Shown here: positions 1 through 9,236 of the stretch, piece after piece | How positions within the stretch are numbered: position 1 is the stretch's first letter | Layout: the number at the start of each line of letters is the position of its first letter | Assembly: GCA_964356795.1 (NCBI GenBank) | Contig: CAYHIK010000003.1 | Location: 19,004 to 83,003, forward strand | From: an uncultured Candidatus Saccharibacteria bacterium | GTDB lineage: Bacteria; Patescibacteriota; Minisyncoccia; 2-02-FULL-40-12; GWA2-44-9 | DNA: 64,000 nt | Reading direction: 5' to 3' | Notes under the pieces: model-generated | Seen by the model: only the letters and a program-made list of their open reading frames with translations | What the model was told of the DNA's origin: nothing | The model's database searches: none | Position numbers and translations under genes: made by a program

Positions 1-1
1 T

Positions 2-643
2 CAATCCATTTGCGCAGAACACGGCGTCATTCCACAGGGCATTCTCTTCGATTTGGGTCTTTCATCAGCTCACTATGAAATGAGTGGACGGGGATTCTCG
101 TTTATGAGGAATGAGCCGCTTGATATGCGATTCAATCCAGAGACGAACCCGTTGACCGCGGGACGTATCCTCAATGAATGGCCAGTTGAAGATTTGGAGC
201 GAATATTAACCGAGTACGGCGAGGAGCAGTTCGCCGGACAGATCGCCGCGGCGGTCGTTCTGATCCGACGAGCTGCCCCCCTCCGTACTACCGAAGACCT
301 TGTTTCACTGATTGCCGATGCGGTGCCTGCCTGGTACCGCCACCGCAAAATTCACCACGCAACGAAGACATTCCAAGCGTTGCGGGTCACAGTGAATGAT
401 GAGCTGAATAATGTGACCACGGGGGTTGGTGCAGCAATCGATGTATTGCCACCAGGAGGGCGATTGCTCGTCATCTCGTTTCAGGGAATGGAAGATAAGA
501 TTGTGCGTGAATTATTTAAATCAAAAGTGAAAGAGGGAGTTCTCAAGTGGGTCACTCGAACAACGATTCGACCAGCATGGGAGGAAATGAAGAAAAACCC
601 GCGATCACGAAGTGCAAAACTAAAAATTGTTGAACATTTATGA
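2..643 (+). CDS. rsmH: 16S rRNA m4C1402 methyltransferase RsmH (5'-truncated by window edge)
   Basis: GILFDLGLSS, RGFSF, PLDMRF, HHATKTFQALR, NPRSRSAKL motifs; the frame is open back to base 2. Confidence 0.97.
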   Translation, partial: QSICAEHGVIPQGILFDLGLSSAHYEMSGRGFSFMRNEPLDMRFNPETNPLTAGRILNEWPVEDLERILTEYGEEQFAGQIAAAVVLIRRAAPLRTTEDLVSLIADAVPAWYRHRKIHHATKTFQALRVTVNDELNNVTTGVGAAIDVLPPGGRLLVISFQGMEDKIVRELFKSKVKEGVLKWVTRTTIRPAWEEMKKNPRSRSAKLKIVEHL

Positions 644-981
644 GTCACACCACACAGACAACCTTGGGAGCAATCCACGCCATGCACCATGGTGTGCGCA
701 GTAATGTGCTTGGCCTGGTGAACGCCACGCTTATGATTGGCACGCTTATACTGGTGGGCGCGTATGTGGTCTTAGCAAACTCGGCATCAGTGAATACATG
801 GAAGGTCGCCGATGCGAATACGCGTATTAGCCAACTCTCCGACGAGCGAAATACCATCATTGCCCAACAAGCGAGCATCGAGGATCGCGCGCAACTGTTA
901 GTGCTCGCAGAGCGTGAAGGTATGGTGCCAGCGAACTCACTTGTCTACATACTCGAAGAGCGTTCCGTTGCTGCTCGATAG
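640..981 (+). CDS. Small single-pass membrane/coiled-coil protein, FtsL-like by position
   Basis: TM segment then coiled coil, between rsmH and ftsI; ATGA overlap with rsmH. Confidence 0.6.
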   Translation: MSHTTQTTLGAIHAMHHGVRSNVLGLVNATLMIGTLILVGAYVVLANSASVNTWKVADANTRISQLSDERNTIIAQQASIEDRAQLLVLAEREGMVPANSLVYILEERSVAAR

Positions 982-1022
982 CGCAATTCGCGTACGAGGC
1001 GAGCATTTGATATTGTGAAGAT

Positions 1023-2744
1023 GTGAAACATCGTATTGGAGCTCCACGAATCTACGTTGCGCTGTGTGTGATCTATGGAATCTTCGTCATCATTGGGTGG
1101 CGAATTTATGATATTAGCTGGCGCAGGCACTCGCTTTACTCACAAACTGCCCTCGCACAGGCCGAGGGTGTACGCAACGTGTTCATGCGTGGCAGTATTT
1201 ATATTACCGACCAAGAGCGCGCGCAGCATCTCGTCGCTACCAATCGAAAATTTTCCATCGTCACGGTGTTTCCATCAAAGGTTGATCGCGCAGCGGCAAG
1301 TCAAACAGCGGATACACTCCAGCGTATAGCCGGTATTGATCGCGAGGTCTCGCTCAAGGCTTTGAATTCTGATCGCTCCGCGGTTCGCGTGATACTACGA
1401 CGTCCGACTGATGAGCAGGTGCGTGCTGTTCAGGAATTGAATATTCCCGGCGTGTCTATAGGGTATGAAACTGACAGAGCGTATCCCGCGGGCATACTCG
1501 CGGCCGATGTGGTCGGTTTTCTAGGGTACGGAGCCAATGGTCGGCAGGGTCAATATGGCATCGAGTCGATGTATGAATCGGAGCTCACAGGAACGCGTGA
1601 TACGCCCGAGATGGTGCGATGGGATATCAAGGGGCAGCTCAAGAAATTATTTAGAATATCTCCGTCAACTCCGGAGTATGACGCTACCACTGCGCCTCAA
1701 GATATCGAGCTGACGATTGATAAAAATATTCAAGCGTATGGAGAAGAGGTGCTCACGTCGGTTGTTGAGCGATACAAGGCCGCATCGGGCGTGTTGATTG
1801 TGCAGGATCCTACGACAGGGCGCATTCTTGCGATGGCTGACACCCCGACGTTTAATCCGGGAATGTACAGCGAAGCTTCACAGGCATCATTCTTGAATGG
1901 AGGAATCTTACCGTTTGAGCCCGGTTCTTCGTTTAAACCATTCACGATGGCGATGGGATTGGATTTGCGCTTAATATCGCCTGATACGATGTTCAATGAC
2001 ATTGGTGATGTTGTCATTGATGGCTATACCATCAAGAATTACAATGAGGGTCATTTTGGGCGAGTCTCCATGACGCGCGTGCTCGAAAAAAGTATCAACA
2101 CAGGCGTTATGTACGTGCAAAATCTCGTGGGTAATCAATTATTCCTTGACTACACGGTAAACCTAGGATTCGGTCAGCGTTCGGGCGTGGAGCTTCCGGG
2201 CGAGTCGAGCGGTGATATCAGTAATCTCTATAGTGGGCGAAGGATAAACTTTCAAACTGCATCATTCGGGCAGGCGATTACCGTCACACCACTTCAGCTT
2301 ATTACCGCGTACTCCGCTATTGCGAATGGTGGAAAGCTCATGAAGCCCTCGATCGTTGCCGCGACCATTGACTCGCATGGTGCTCGAACGGAGACAGTAT
2401 CCGAGATGATCGGCACTCCCTTTTCTGCGAAGACCGCGCAGATGCTCCGAGGGATGCTCACATCAGTGGTCGATAATGGCTTCGACAAAGCACGTATACC
2501 GCGGTACGATGTTGCTGGAAAGACAGGCACCGCACAAATAGCTAGTCCTGAGGGCGGATACCTGGAGGGGCAGTACAATCATAGTTTTGTGGGATTCGCT
2601 CCGGCAAGCAATCCAAAGTTTGTTATTTTGATTAAAATGGAAAAACCGCAAGGCATTACGTTCGCAGCGGATAGCTTGAGCCCTGCGTTCAAAGATATGG
2701 CAACGTTTCTTTTGCATTATTTTAACGTACCCCCCACCCGATGA
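1023..2744 (+). CDS. ftsI: Class B penicillin-binding protein (FtsI/PBP2-type transpeptidase)
   Basis: N-terminal TM, RGSIY, RAYP, EPGSSFKP (SxxK), KSIN (SxN), GKTGTAQ (KTG). Confidence 0.93.
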   Translation: MKHRIGAPRIYVALCVIYGIFVIIGWRIYDISWRRHSLYSQTALAQAEGVRNVFMRGSIYITDQERAQHLVATNRKFSIVTVFPSKVDRAAASQTADTLQRIAGIDREVSLKALNSDRSAVRVILRRPTDEQVRAVQELNIPGVSIGYETDRAYPAGILAADVVGFLGYGANGRQGQYGIESMYESELTGTRDTPEMVRWDIKGQLKKLFRISPSTPEYDATTAPQDIELTIDKNIQAYGEEVLTSVVERYKAASGVLIVQDPTTGRILAMADTPTFNPGMYSEASQASFLNGGILPFEPGSSFKPFTMAMGLDLRLISPDTMFNDIGDVVIDGYTIKNYNEGHFGRVSMTRVLEKSINTGVMYVQNLVGNQLFLDYTVNLGFGQRSGVELPGESSGDISNLYSGRRINFQTASFGQAITVTPLQLITAYSAIANGGKLMKPSIVAATIDSHGARTETVSEMIGTPFSAKTAQMLRGMLTSVVDNGFDKARIPRYDVAGKTGTAQIASPEGGYLEGQYNHSFVGFAPASNPKFVILIKMEKPQGITFAADSLSPAFKDMATFLLHYFNVPPTR

Positions 2745-4030
2745 TGCTCCGAATCCTGACAGGGATACTTGATGGTCTGGCGCGTCTTTTAATTCGTCGA
2801 TACGCCCCCATTATTGTTGCGGTGACGGGTAACGCCGGAAAGACAACCACAAAGGAAGCGATTGCGCGTGTGCTCGCAACGCGCTATACGATTCGGGCGA
2901 GTGCTGGAAATTTAAATAATGAGCTCGGTATTCCGACAACGATTATCGGAGATGTCGGCGATGAATACTACCGCACGGGCGGGTCTGTTCGTTTTTGGCT
3001 TGGCGTCATATTGATGGGAGTTCGCGCCCTTGTTGTCCGCGCAGCGTATCCCGAGGTGCTTGTTCTTGAGTTTGGGGCAGACCACCCCGGAGATATTGGA
3101 CGACTTGCATCCCGATATCGCCCGCGCGTTGGAGTTATCACGCAAGTTGGAGATATTCCCGTTCATGTGGAGTTTTTTGCATCTCCGCGAGAGCTTGCGG
3201 CAGAAAAAGCAAAACTCATATCTGTATTAGGAGCCGATGACACTGCTATTCTTGGGTATGACGACGAAGCGGTTCGGGACATGCGGACAACGACGCGAGC
3301 GCATGTGCGCACCTACGGAATGGGGGAGGGTGCTGATGTGCGCGTTTCTGATGTCGAGCTACGAATACACGGAGATGCGCCAACCGGAATATCGTGCAAC
3401 ATTCAACTCGGATCAAATCAGATGCCCGTTGTTATACGTCACACCATTGGGGTTGGTATTGCTCGAGCTGCTGCGGCCGCGATAGCAGTGGGGGATGCAC
3501 TCGGTATTTCTCTGAGCGATGCAGTTATTGCGCTTTCAGATATGAAGCCACCCGCAGGCCGTATGCGCATCATAGAGGGTATTCGCGGTACAACTATTAT
3601 TGATGATACCTACAATGCATCACCCGCAGCCATGCATATTGCACTCGACGCGGTGCGCCAGATACACGCAAAGCGTCGCGTACTCGTGCTCGGCGATATG
3701 CTGGAATTGGGCACATTCAGCAGTACTGCGCATCGAACTCTAGGTACGATGGCCGGGGCAATCGCTACCGTTCTTATCTGTGTAGGGGATCGTGCGAAAT
3801 TCATAGCAGAGGCCGCCACCCCCCTCATGTCAGCAGATTATGTCCACACATGTGCCAACTCACGAGAAGCCGCCGACATTGTACAGCAGCTTCTCCAATC
3901 AGGTGACCTCGTGCTGGTGAAGGGTTCACAGGGGATGCGCATGGAGCGCGTGGTGCTCGAGATTATGGCGCGACCCGAGCTTGCATCAGAATTACTCGTC
4001 CGCCAGAGTGAGCGATGGCTTGCGAAGTAG
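2741..4030 (+). CDS. murF: UDP-N-acetylmuramoyl-tripeptide--D-Ala-D-Ala ligase
   Basis: VTGNAGKTTTK, NNELGIP, DDTYNASP, LGDMLELG, LVKGS motifs. Confidence 0.95.
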   Translation: MMLRILTGILDGLARLLIRRYAPIIVAVTGNAGKTTTKEAIARVLATRYTIRASAGNLNNELGIPTTIIGDVGDEYYRTGGSVRFWLGVILMGVRALVVRAAYPEVLVLEFGADHPGDIGRLASRYRPRVGVITQVGDIPVHVEFFASPRELAAEKAKLISVLGADDTAILGYDDEAVRDMRTTTRAHVRTYGMGEGADVRVSDVELRIHGDAPTGISCNIQLGSNQMPVVIRHTIGVGIARAAAAAIAVGDALGISLSDAVIALSDMKPPAGRMRIIEGIRGTTIIDDTYNASPAAMHIALDAVRQIHAKRRVLVLGDMLELGTFSSTAHRTLGTMAGAIATVLICVGDRAKFIAEAATPLMSADYVHTCANSREAADIVQQLLQSGDLVLVKGSQGMRMERVVLEIMARPELASELLVRQSERWLAK

Positions 4031-4062
4031 CTTTGTTTGGGTTATAATACGCTGTCCACGAT

Positions 4063-4137
4063 GGCCTCGTCGTCTAGCCCGGTCTAGGACACTAGATTCT
4101 CATTCTAGTAACACGGGTTCAAATCCCGTCGAGGCTA
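4063..4137 (+). tRNA. tRNA-Glu(CTC), CCA not encoded
   Basis: GGCCTCG/CGAGGCT acceptor stem, CTAGA-TT-CTC-AT-TCTAG anticodon arm, GGTTCAAATCC T-loop; TATAAT upstream at about 4043. Confidence 0.95.
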
Positions 4138-4180
4138 CACTAAAAACAGGCACCCATTAGGGTGTTTTGTTTTTAGTGTA
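4136..4180. terminator. Long hairpin after tRNA-Glu
   Basis: TACACTAAAAACA...TGTTTTTAGTGTA inverted repeat around CACCC-ATTA-GGGTG. Confidence 0.7.
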
Positions 4181-4246
4181 CCTCCGTTGGATTTGAAGGG
4201 TAATAAAAAACCCGCATAACAATGCGGGTACGAACCATGAGACGCG

Positions 4247-4660
4247 CTACGGTTCGATTTCTTCTGTCTCCGGCTCTCGCTTTGCGACGATGGCGCGGGC
4301 GAGTTCGGGCAGGTGGGGGGTCGCATTCCGGAGGGCATGAGCGATTTCATCCTCGATGAATTCTCGATCCGGAGAGGTGACTCGCTGGAGTATCTCTGCA
4401 TCTCGGATGAATTCCCAGAACTGAATAGGCGTGCGCTCGAGTGCGATGGGAGCCATTAGAAACTCAAGCGTGATACGGAGTCGCGTGACGTCTCGAGCCT
4501 GACGCTCTCTTGAGTTCTGTGCGATTTCGAGGTCCCGAGCTTGCTGCTGAAGCTTGTTGCGCAACTCTTCGGTCGTATTTCGAAAGAACTCAACGCTCCT
4601 TTTCGCATCCTCAAGCTGAGCTCTCAAGGGTGCTGCAGGAGTCTTTCCGCGTTTTGACAT
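4247..4660 (-). CDS. Hypothetical coiled-coil protein (orphan cassette)
   Basis: Start reassigned to MSKRGK with GGAGG SD; heptad-rich LEDAKRSVEFFRNTTEELRNKLQQQARDLE. Confidence 0.7.
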   Translation of the reverse strand: MSKRGKTPAAPLRAQLEDAKRSVEFFRNTTEELRNKLQQQARDLEIAQNSRERQARDVTRLRITLEFLMAPIALERTPIQFWEFIRDAEILQRVTSPDREFIEDEIAHALRNATPHLPELARAIVAKREPETEEIEP

Positions 4661-4716
4661 ATCGCCTCCGCTCAATAGCGTATGAAATATATCACATAAA
4701 TTAAATTTGTAAAGAA

Positions 4717-4738
4717 AGCCCCCGTCATGACGGGGGCT
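4717..4738 (-). terminator. Intrinsic terminator
   Basis: Perfect palindrome AGCCCCCGTCATGACGGGGGCT with A-run on its left. Confidence 0.7.
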
Positions 4739-5354
4739 CATTCGTGGATTCGATCACTGGCACATCGAAGAACGGACGTGAATCTCGAAGTGTCGCGATG
4801 CCTCGGTTATAGAGTTCAATGAACTCCTGCGACTGCTCGAGTGTAAGCAGAAGGCGTCTGCAAAAGTCGAGGAGATCGTTCATTTCGACAAATCGCGCAG
4901 GAGAGACGCGAGCCTCCGTATTCGCGCCGCGAGAGGCAAACCCGTTGGCCTCTTCGGTCATACGCTCTTCTTCGAGTGTGAGCACGAGCTCCCCCAGGTC
5001 ATAGGGAATTTCTGCATCTTGAGCCCACCAGAGCCACCGCGCTTCGAGGGTGTTTTTGATGATAGTAAGCACCTCTGCATGAACAGTGATGAGATAGTCC
5101 ATGCCTGCGTCTCGGAAGACGAACGTCATCTCCTTGGTCGTACAGAAGCGCGACAAGGTAAGATGTGCATCGAAGATGTGGTACAAAAGATCGATGGGCG
5201 TATTCGGGTTTTCCTGCGGCCGCAGGACTAGGTCGATGAGGAGCTTGCTTATGCGCAGTCGCGCGTAAGGTGTTCTCCAGAGATTCGTCTCTCGAGACTG
5301 CTTCGCTTCTTCATTGATAATCGCCATGACCTCAGCTTCGGGGAAGTCAACCAT
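4725..5354 (-). CDS. Hypothetical protein (orphan cassette)
   Basis: 209-aa ORF, GGAGG SD, TTGCAT-17-TATGAT promoter. Confidence 0.72.
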   Translation of the reverse strand: MVDFPEAEVMAIINEEAKQSRETNLWRTPYARLRISKLLIDLVLRPQENPNTPIDLLYHIFDAHLTLSRFCTTKEMTFVFRDAGMDYLITVHAEVLTIIKNTLEARWLWWAQDAEIPYDLGELVLTLEEERMTEEANGFASRGANTEARVSPARFVEMNDLLDFCRRLLLTLEQSQEFIELYNRGIATLRDSRPFFDVPVIESTNEPPS

Positions 5355-5407
5355 AGTACCTCCAAAGAACGTGCGGAAATCATACCGCTCGTCAACGGAG
5401 GATGCAA

Positions 5408-6469
5408 CTACAGCATCTTCTTGAGTTCGGATGGGTTGTTGGAGAACAGCTCTCCGTTCTCGGGGGTAATCTGACCACTTTTTACGAGTTGTGCGAGTGA
5501 ATAGTTGAGCGACATCATTCCCTCATTGAGTCCTGTTTGAATGACCGAGTCGATTGAGTATACCTTTTTTTCGCGAATGAGATTGCGAATCGCAGCATTG
5601 GTAATCATAATCTCGAGCGCGGGGACTCGACCGCCCCCAATTTTGGGAACAAGGCGTTCCGAGACGACCGCAACGACCGTTGTGGCGGTTTGGGCAATGA
5701 TTTGATCTTGTTGAGATGGCGGAAATGAGTCAATGATGCGATCGATTGTTTGAGCGGCTGAGTTTGTGTGAAGCGTTGAGAAGACGAGGTGTCCCGTTTC
5801 AGCCGCGGTCATAGCTGCGGCGATAGAATCGGCGTCGCGCATCTCTCCAACCATGATGACGTCGGGATCTTGTCGTAATACGGTTTTGAGGCCATCGGCA
5901 AATGAAAGCACGTCGGTGCCGACCTCTCGCTGGGATACGATGCCATTCGCTTGCTCGTAGAGGTACTCTATCGGATCCTCAATTGTAACGATGTGCGCTG
6001 TGCGGGTTCGATTCACCTCATCAAGAATTGCGGCTGTGGTTGTGGACTTTCCGTGACCAGCGGGCCCCACCATAAGAATGAATCCCTGCGTGAGCTTTGC
6101 GAATGTATGAAGAATTGGGGGAAGGTTGAGCTCCTCGATAGTTTGTATTTTTGCGGGGACAAGTCGGAGTGAGGCGGACCACGTGTTCTCTTCGAAGTAG
6201 GCATTTACGCGAAAGCGAACGCCCCCCGATCCTTCATATGCGAAATCAATTTGACGCTCTTTCAAGAAGCGTTCTCGTTGCTGAGGCGTCATAAGCTCTG
6301 AGATGATGCCCTCAGCGGATTGTGTGGTGATGACCTCCTCGGATTCAATTGGTTGCAAATCGCCATAGATACGAAGGGTGGGTCGCTTATCTACGGCAAT
6401 ATGAACATCGGATGCATTCTGGGCGATTGCGCGGTCGAGAATTGTTTTGAGAGCAGAGTCGTAGCTCAT
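5408..6469 (-). CDS. pilT: Type IV pilus retraction ATPase PilT
   Basis: ASDVHI, RFRVNAY, GPAGHGKSTT, TIEDPIE, RQDPDVIMVGEMRD, TGHLVFSTLHT, AIRNLIRE; start set at MSYDS. Confidence 0.95.
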   Translation of the reverse strand: MSYDSALKTILDRAIAQNASDVHIAVDKRPTLRIYGDLQPIESEEVITTQSAEGIISELMTPQQRERFLKERQIDFAYEGSGGVRFRVNAYFEENTWSASLRLVPAKIQTIEELNLPPILHTFAKLTQGFILMVGPAGHGKSTTTAAILDEVNRTRTAHIVTIEDPIEYLYEQANGIVSQREVGTDVLSFADGLKTVLRQDPDVIMVGEMRDADSIAAAMTAAETGHLVFSTLHTNSAAQTIDRIIDSFPPSQQDQIIAQTATTVVAVVSERLVPKIGGGRVPALEIMITNAAIRNLIREKKVYSIDSVIQTGLNEGMMSLNYSLAQLVKSGQITPENGELFSNNPSELKKML

Positions 6470-6565
6470 GGATACGTATACAATACCACACGAGGAGTCG
6501 GTATGTATCCACACATCAGTGCACGCTCGCTTGTCCTCAGTGCGCACAAGGAGTATACCCTTCAC

Positions 6566-7063
6566 ATGACATTCATCGAAGCACATGAACTGACCACGCT
6601 TGGGCACCTCGTCGTCGCTACGTTGCTGGGGGCGGTTATTGGCTTTGAGCGCGAACGATCGGGTAAGATTGCTGGATTGCGAACGCATACGCTCGTTGCG
6701 CTTGGATCTTGTTTGTTTACGGTTATTTCAGTTCTTTTGTATAATCGCTTGCCGTCGATTAATGGTGTGCAGGGATACGACTATCATCTTGTTGCAAATA
6801 TCATTGTGGGTATTGGGTTCATCGGTGCGGGCGCGATTATGCGGAGGGATGACAAGGTGATCGGCACGACGACTGCAGCCTCTCTTTGGATTACTTCGGC
6901 GGTTGGAATGGCAACAGGATTTGGGTTTTATCGGGAGGCGCTCGCGAGCACGGTGTTGGTATACGGCGTGCTCACGGGCTTGTGGGAAGTTCAGAAAAGA
7001 ATGACGAAGAGTTCGAGCTTCCACAAGAATCCCCAAGACCTCAACGGGTCGTCGATGCTGTAG
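6566..7063 (+). CDS. MgtC/SapB family membrane protein
   Basis: GAVIGFERE...AGLRTHTLVALGS, GIGFIGAGAI, GTTTAASLW. Confidence 0.92.
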   Translation: MTFIEAHELTTLGHLVVATLLGAVIGFERERSGKIAGLRTHTLVALGSCLFTVISVLLYNRLPSINGVQGYDYHLVANIIVGIGFIGAGAIMRRDDKVIGTTTAASLWITSAVGMATGFGFYREALASTVLVYGVLTGLWEVQKRMTKSSSFHKNPQDLNGSSML

Positions 7064-7095
7064 AATGTGGTGTGGATTGGGTATATACTAGGCAT

Positions 7096-7419
7096 ATGTC
7101 GTTGGTCGAACTTCTCCGACAGTATAAGATTGGGCCATTTAGTATTTTTGACTTTGTTCTCGCGCTCGGTGGTGTGTACCTCTTGGCGCCCCTTATGATT
7201 CGGGCGTTTCGACGGGCGCGGATTAGTATTACACGTGCCGAGCTTCTGTGGCTCGTCGTTCCATTGAGTGTTGTATCCCATCTACTCGTTGGGAGTATGA
7301 CTCCACTCACGCGGATGGTGGTGAATCCTACCGGTGACGTTGTGGCGAAGATTATTCTTCTCGGGATGCTCTATATGGGGCTTCGGGGCGTCGTGTATCG
7401 CTTGCGTTTCCATAATTGA
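7096..7419 (+). CDS. Hypothetical membrane protein
   Basis: Three hydrophobic segments; TATACT 6 nt upstream of ATG. Confidence 0.75.
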   Translation: MSLVELLRQYKIGPFSIFDFVLALGGVYLLAPLMIRAFRRARISITRAELLWLVVPLSVVSHLLVGSMTPLTRMVVNPTGDVVAKIILLGMLYMGLRGVVYRLRFHN

Positions 7420-7437
7420 TTTTGATATAATTCACAC

Positions 7438-7842
7438 ATGAACCACTACCTCAATGTACTAAAAAAATACGCGGATTTTAGCGGACGTGCCAGTCGCGCA
7501 GAGTATTGGGTGTTCCTGTTAGTAAATATAGTCGCGGTGTTCGTGTTGGGAATGATTCACTCGGTGCTCATGATGTTGTATATGTTAGCGGTTACTATCC
7601 CGATGCTCGCCGTAGCGGTGCGTCGTTTGCATGATATCGGTAAGAGCGGTTGGATGTTTTTGCTATCGTTCATCCCGTTCGTGAACTTTGTCGTAATCTT
7701 TTGGCTCTTCAGTGAGGGGCAAGCAGGAAGTAATGAATTCGGTGCAAATCCAAATGAAGCTGGTGTCATGCAGGCACAGCCCCAGGCACCCGTAGTCCCG
7801 CCAACGCCTCCTTCGATGACATCCACACCGTCCCAGATGTAA
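7438..7842 (+). CDS. DUF805 (YhaH/YhaI-like) inner membrane protein
   Basis: KKYADFSGRASRAEYW, AVAVRRLHDIGKSGW, N.FG.NP. Confidence 0.92.
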   Translation: MNHYLNVLKKYADFSGRASRAEYWVFLLVNIVAVFVLGMIHSVLMMLYMLAVTIPMLAVAVRRLHDIGKSGWMFLLSFIPFVNFVVIFWLFSEGQAGSNEFGANPNEAGVMQAQPQAPVVPPTPPSMTSTPSQM

Positions 7843-7951
7843 GCTTCTGTAGATTCTTTGTATTATATAATCAAATGGCCCCACGGGGGCCATTTGCCTG
7901 ACTGTTGACAGTATCTCCCCGGTTTGCTAGTATATATGAGCATTTTTGACT

Positions 7952-8266
7952 ATGGAATTCGCAGTTATCAAAACAGGGGGCAAGCAATATATCGTCCGAA
8001 AGGGCGACATTATGACCATCGAAAAGCTCGAGCACGATGGGAAAAAGATTGTATTTGAGCAGGTATTGCTTGTTGCTAACGAGAAAAAGGCCATTATTGG
8101 TCAGCCTTTTATTGAGAAAGCAACTGTCACCGCAGAGGTGCTTGGTGATGGTCGCGATGAAAAGAAGCTCGTATTCCGATACAAGGCAAAGACTCGTTCC
8201 AAGAAGAAAAAGGGTCACCGCCAGCCTCACACGAAGGTCAAAATCCTCTCCATCTCCGCAAAATAA
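7952..8266 (+). CDS. rplU: 50S ribosomal protein L21
   Basis: FAVIKTGGKQY...KKKGHRQPHT. Confidence 0.97.
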   Translation: MEFAVIKTGGKQYIVRKGDIMTIEKLEHDGKKIVFEQVLLVANEKKAIIGQPFIEKATVTAEVLGDGRDEKKLVFRYKAKTRSKKKKGHRQPHTKVKILSISAK

Positions 8267-8335
8267 CCAAGAGCCCTACAGGGGGCTCTTGACTGTTTGG
8301 TGGACAATTGTAGTATCGAGTCTCTGGAGGGGCTT

Positions 8336-8596
8336 ATGCACGACTATTTCGTGGCATACGAGCTGGTTGATGATGCGAATGTTGTTCTTTGGCGTGGCGA
8401 TGGTACGTTTCAAACCTCTGGTCCCATAACTGCGGCGGCCGGCATTCAGGAAGTTCGGCGAGCCGTCCTGATGCACGTGCAAAGTAGGGACGGCCAGGGT
8501 AGACTTCCCGGCCATCTCTTACAAGAGGAGAGCGTCTGCATCACTGCTCTGACGCTGCTGTGCTGTCCGTGCCGCGCGTCCCGTAAGTGTAAGTAG
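8336..8596 (+). CDS. Small hypothetical protein (orphan cassette)
   Basis: GGAGG 5 nt before ATG 8336; TTGACT-16-TAGTAT promoter; terminator hairpins on both sides (8269-8290, 8607-8637). Confidence 0.6.
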   Translation: MHDYFVAYELVDDANVVLWRGDGTFQTSGPITAAAGIQEVRRAVLMHVQSRDGQGRLPGHLLQEESVCITALTLLCCPCRASRKCK

Positions 8597-8635
8597 GCTA
8601 CTACCGCCCGCAGGTTTCAACATCTGCGGGTTTTT

Positions 8636-9235
8636 TTATTTACGACTCTCGATGGCGTAGCGGAGTGTGGTTTCGTCTGCGTATTCAAGATGGGTGCCCG
8701 TGGCTAATCCTCGGGCAAGACGGGTGACGCGAACTCCTGGAACGCTCTGAAACATATCGCGGATATAATGTGCTGTCATTTCCCCGGCAGAAGTGGGGTT
8801 TGTAGCGATGACCAATTCGATGCCGCCTGCTTGTTGGCAAATGCGGTCAACGCGCTCGCTTAGCTCTCGCATGCGAATGTGTTCGGGGCTAATTTTATCG
8901 ACGGGGGAGAGCGCACCGCCGAGCACGTGGTAGTATCCGCGCCAGATGCCCGCACGTTCGATTGAGAGTAGGTCTGAAACGTGCTCCAAGACAAGTAATG
9001 ATTTTGCATCGCGCTTGCCATCACGGCAAATACTGCAGATGGACTGATCGGATACATTAAAGCACTCAGAGCACTGAAATACAGTTGATTTCAGTTCTGC
9101 GATTGCGCCACCGAGTGCGCTGAGCTCTTCCTGTGAGCGATTGAGGAGCGACAACACGATACGTGACGCTGCGCGCGGGCCGATGCCCGGGAGCGTGCGC
9201 AGAAGCTCGGTGAGTTCATGAAACATCCCATCCAT
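8636..9235 (-). CDS. recR: Recombination mediator RecR
   Basis: LPGIGPRAA HhH, CSEC..C.IC zinc finger, YHVLGG, ATNPT..GE, RLARGL Toprim. Confidence 0.95.
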   Translation of the reverse strand: MDGMFHELTELLRTLPGIGPRAASRIVLSLLNRSQEELSALGGAIAELKSTVFQCSECFNVSDQSICSICRDGKRDAKSLLVLEHVSDLLSIERAGIWRGYYHVLGGALSPVDKISPEHIRMRELSERVDRICQQAGGIELVIATNPTSAGEMTAHYIRDMFQSVPGVRVTRLARGLATGTHLEYADETTLRYAIESRK

Positions 9236-9236
9236 G

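Noticed and set aside
4063-5407. Integrative element or prophage at tRNA-Glu
   Set aside because: No integrase and no duplicated tRNA 3' end seen
5408-7419. Apparent long overlaps between pilT, mgtC and the next gene
   Set aside because: Artefact of longest-ORF starts; starts at 6469, 6566 and 7096 remove all overlaps
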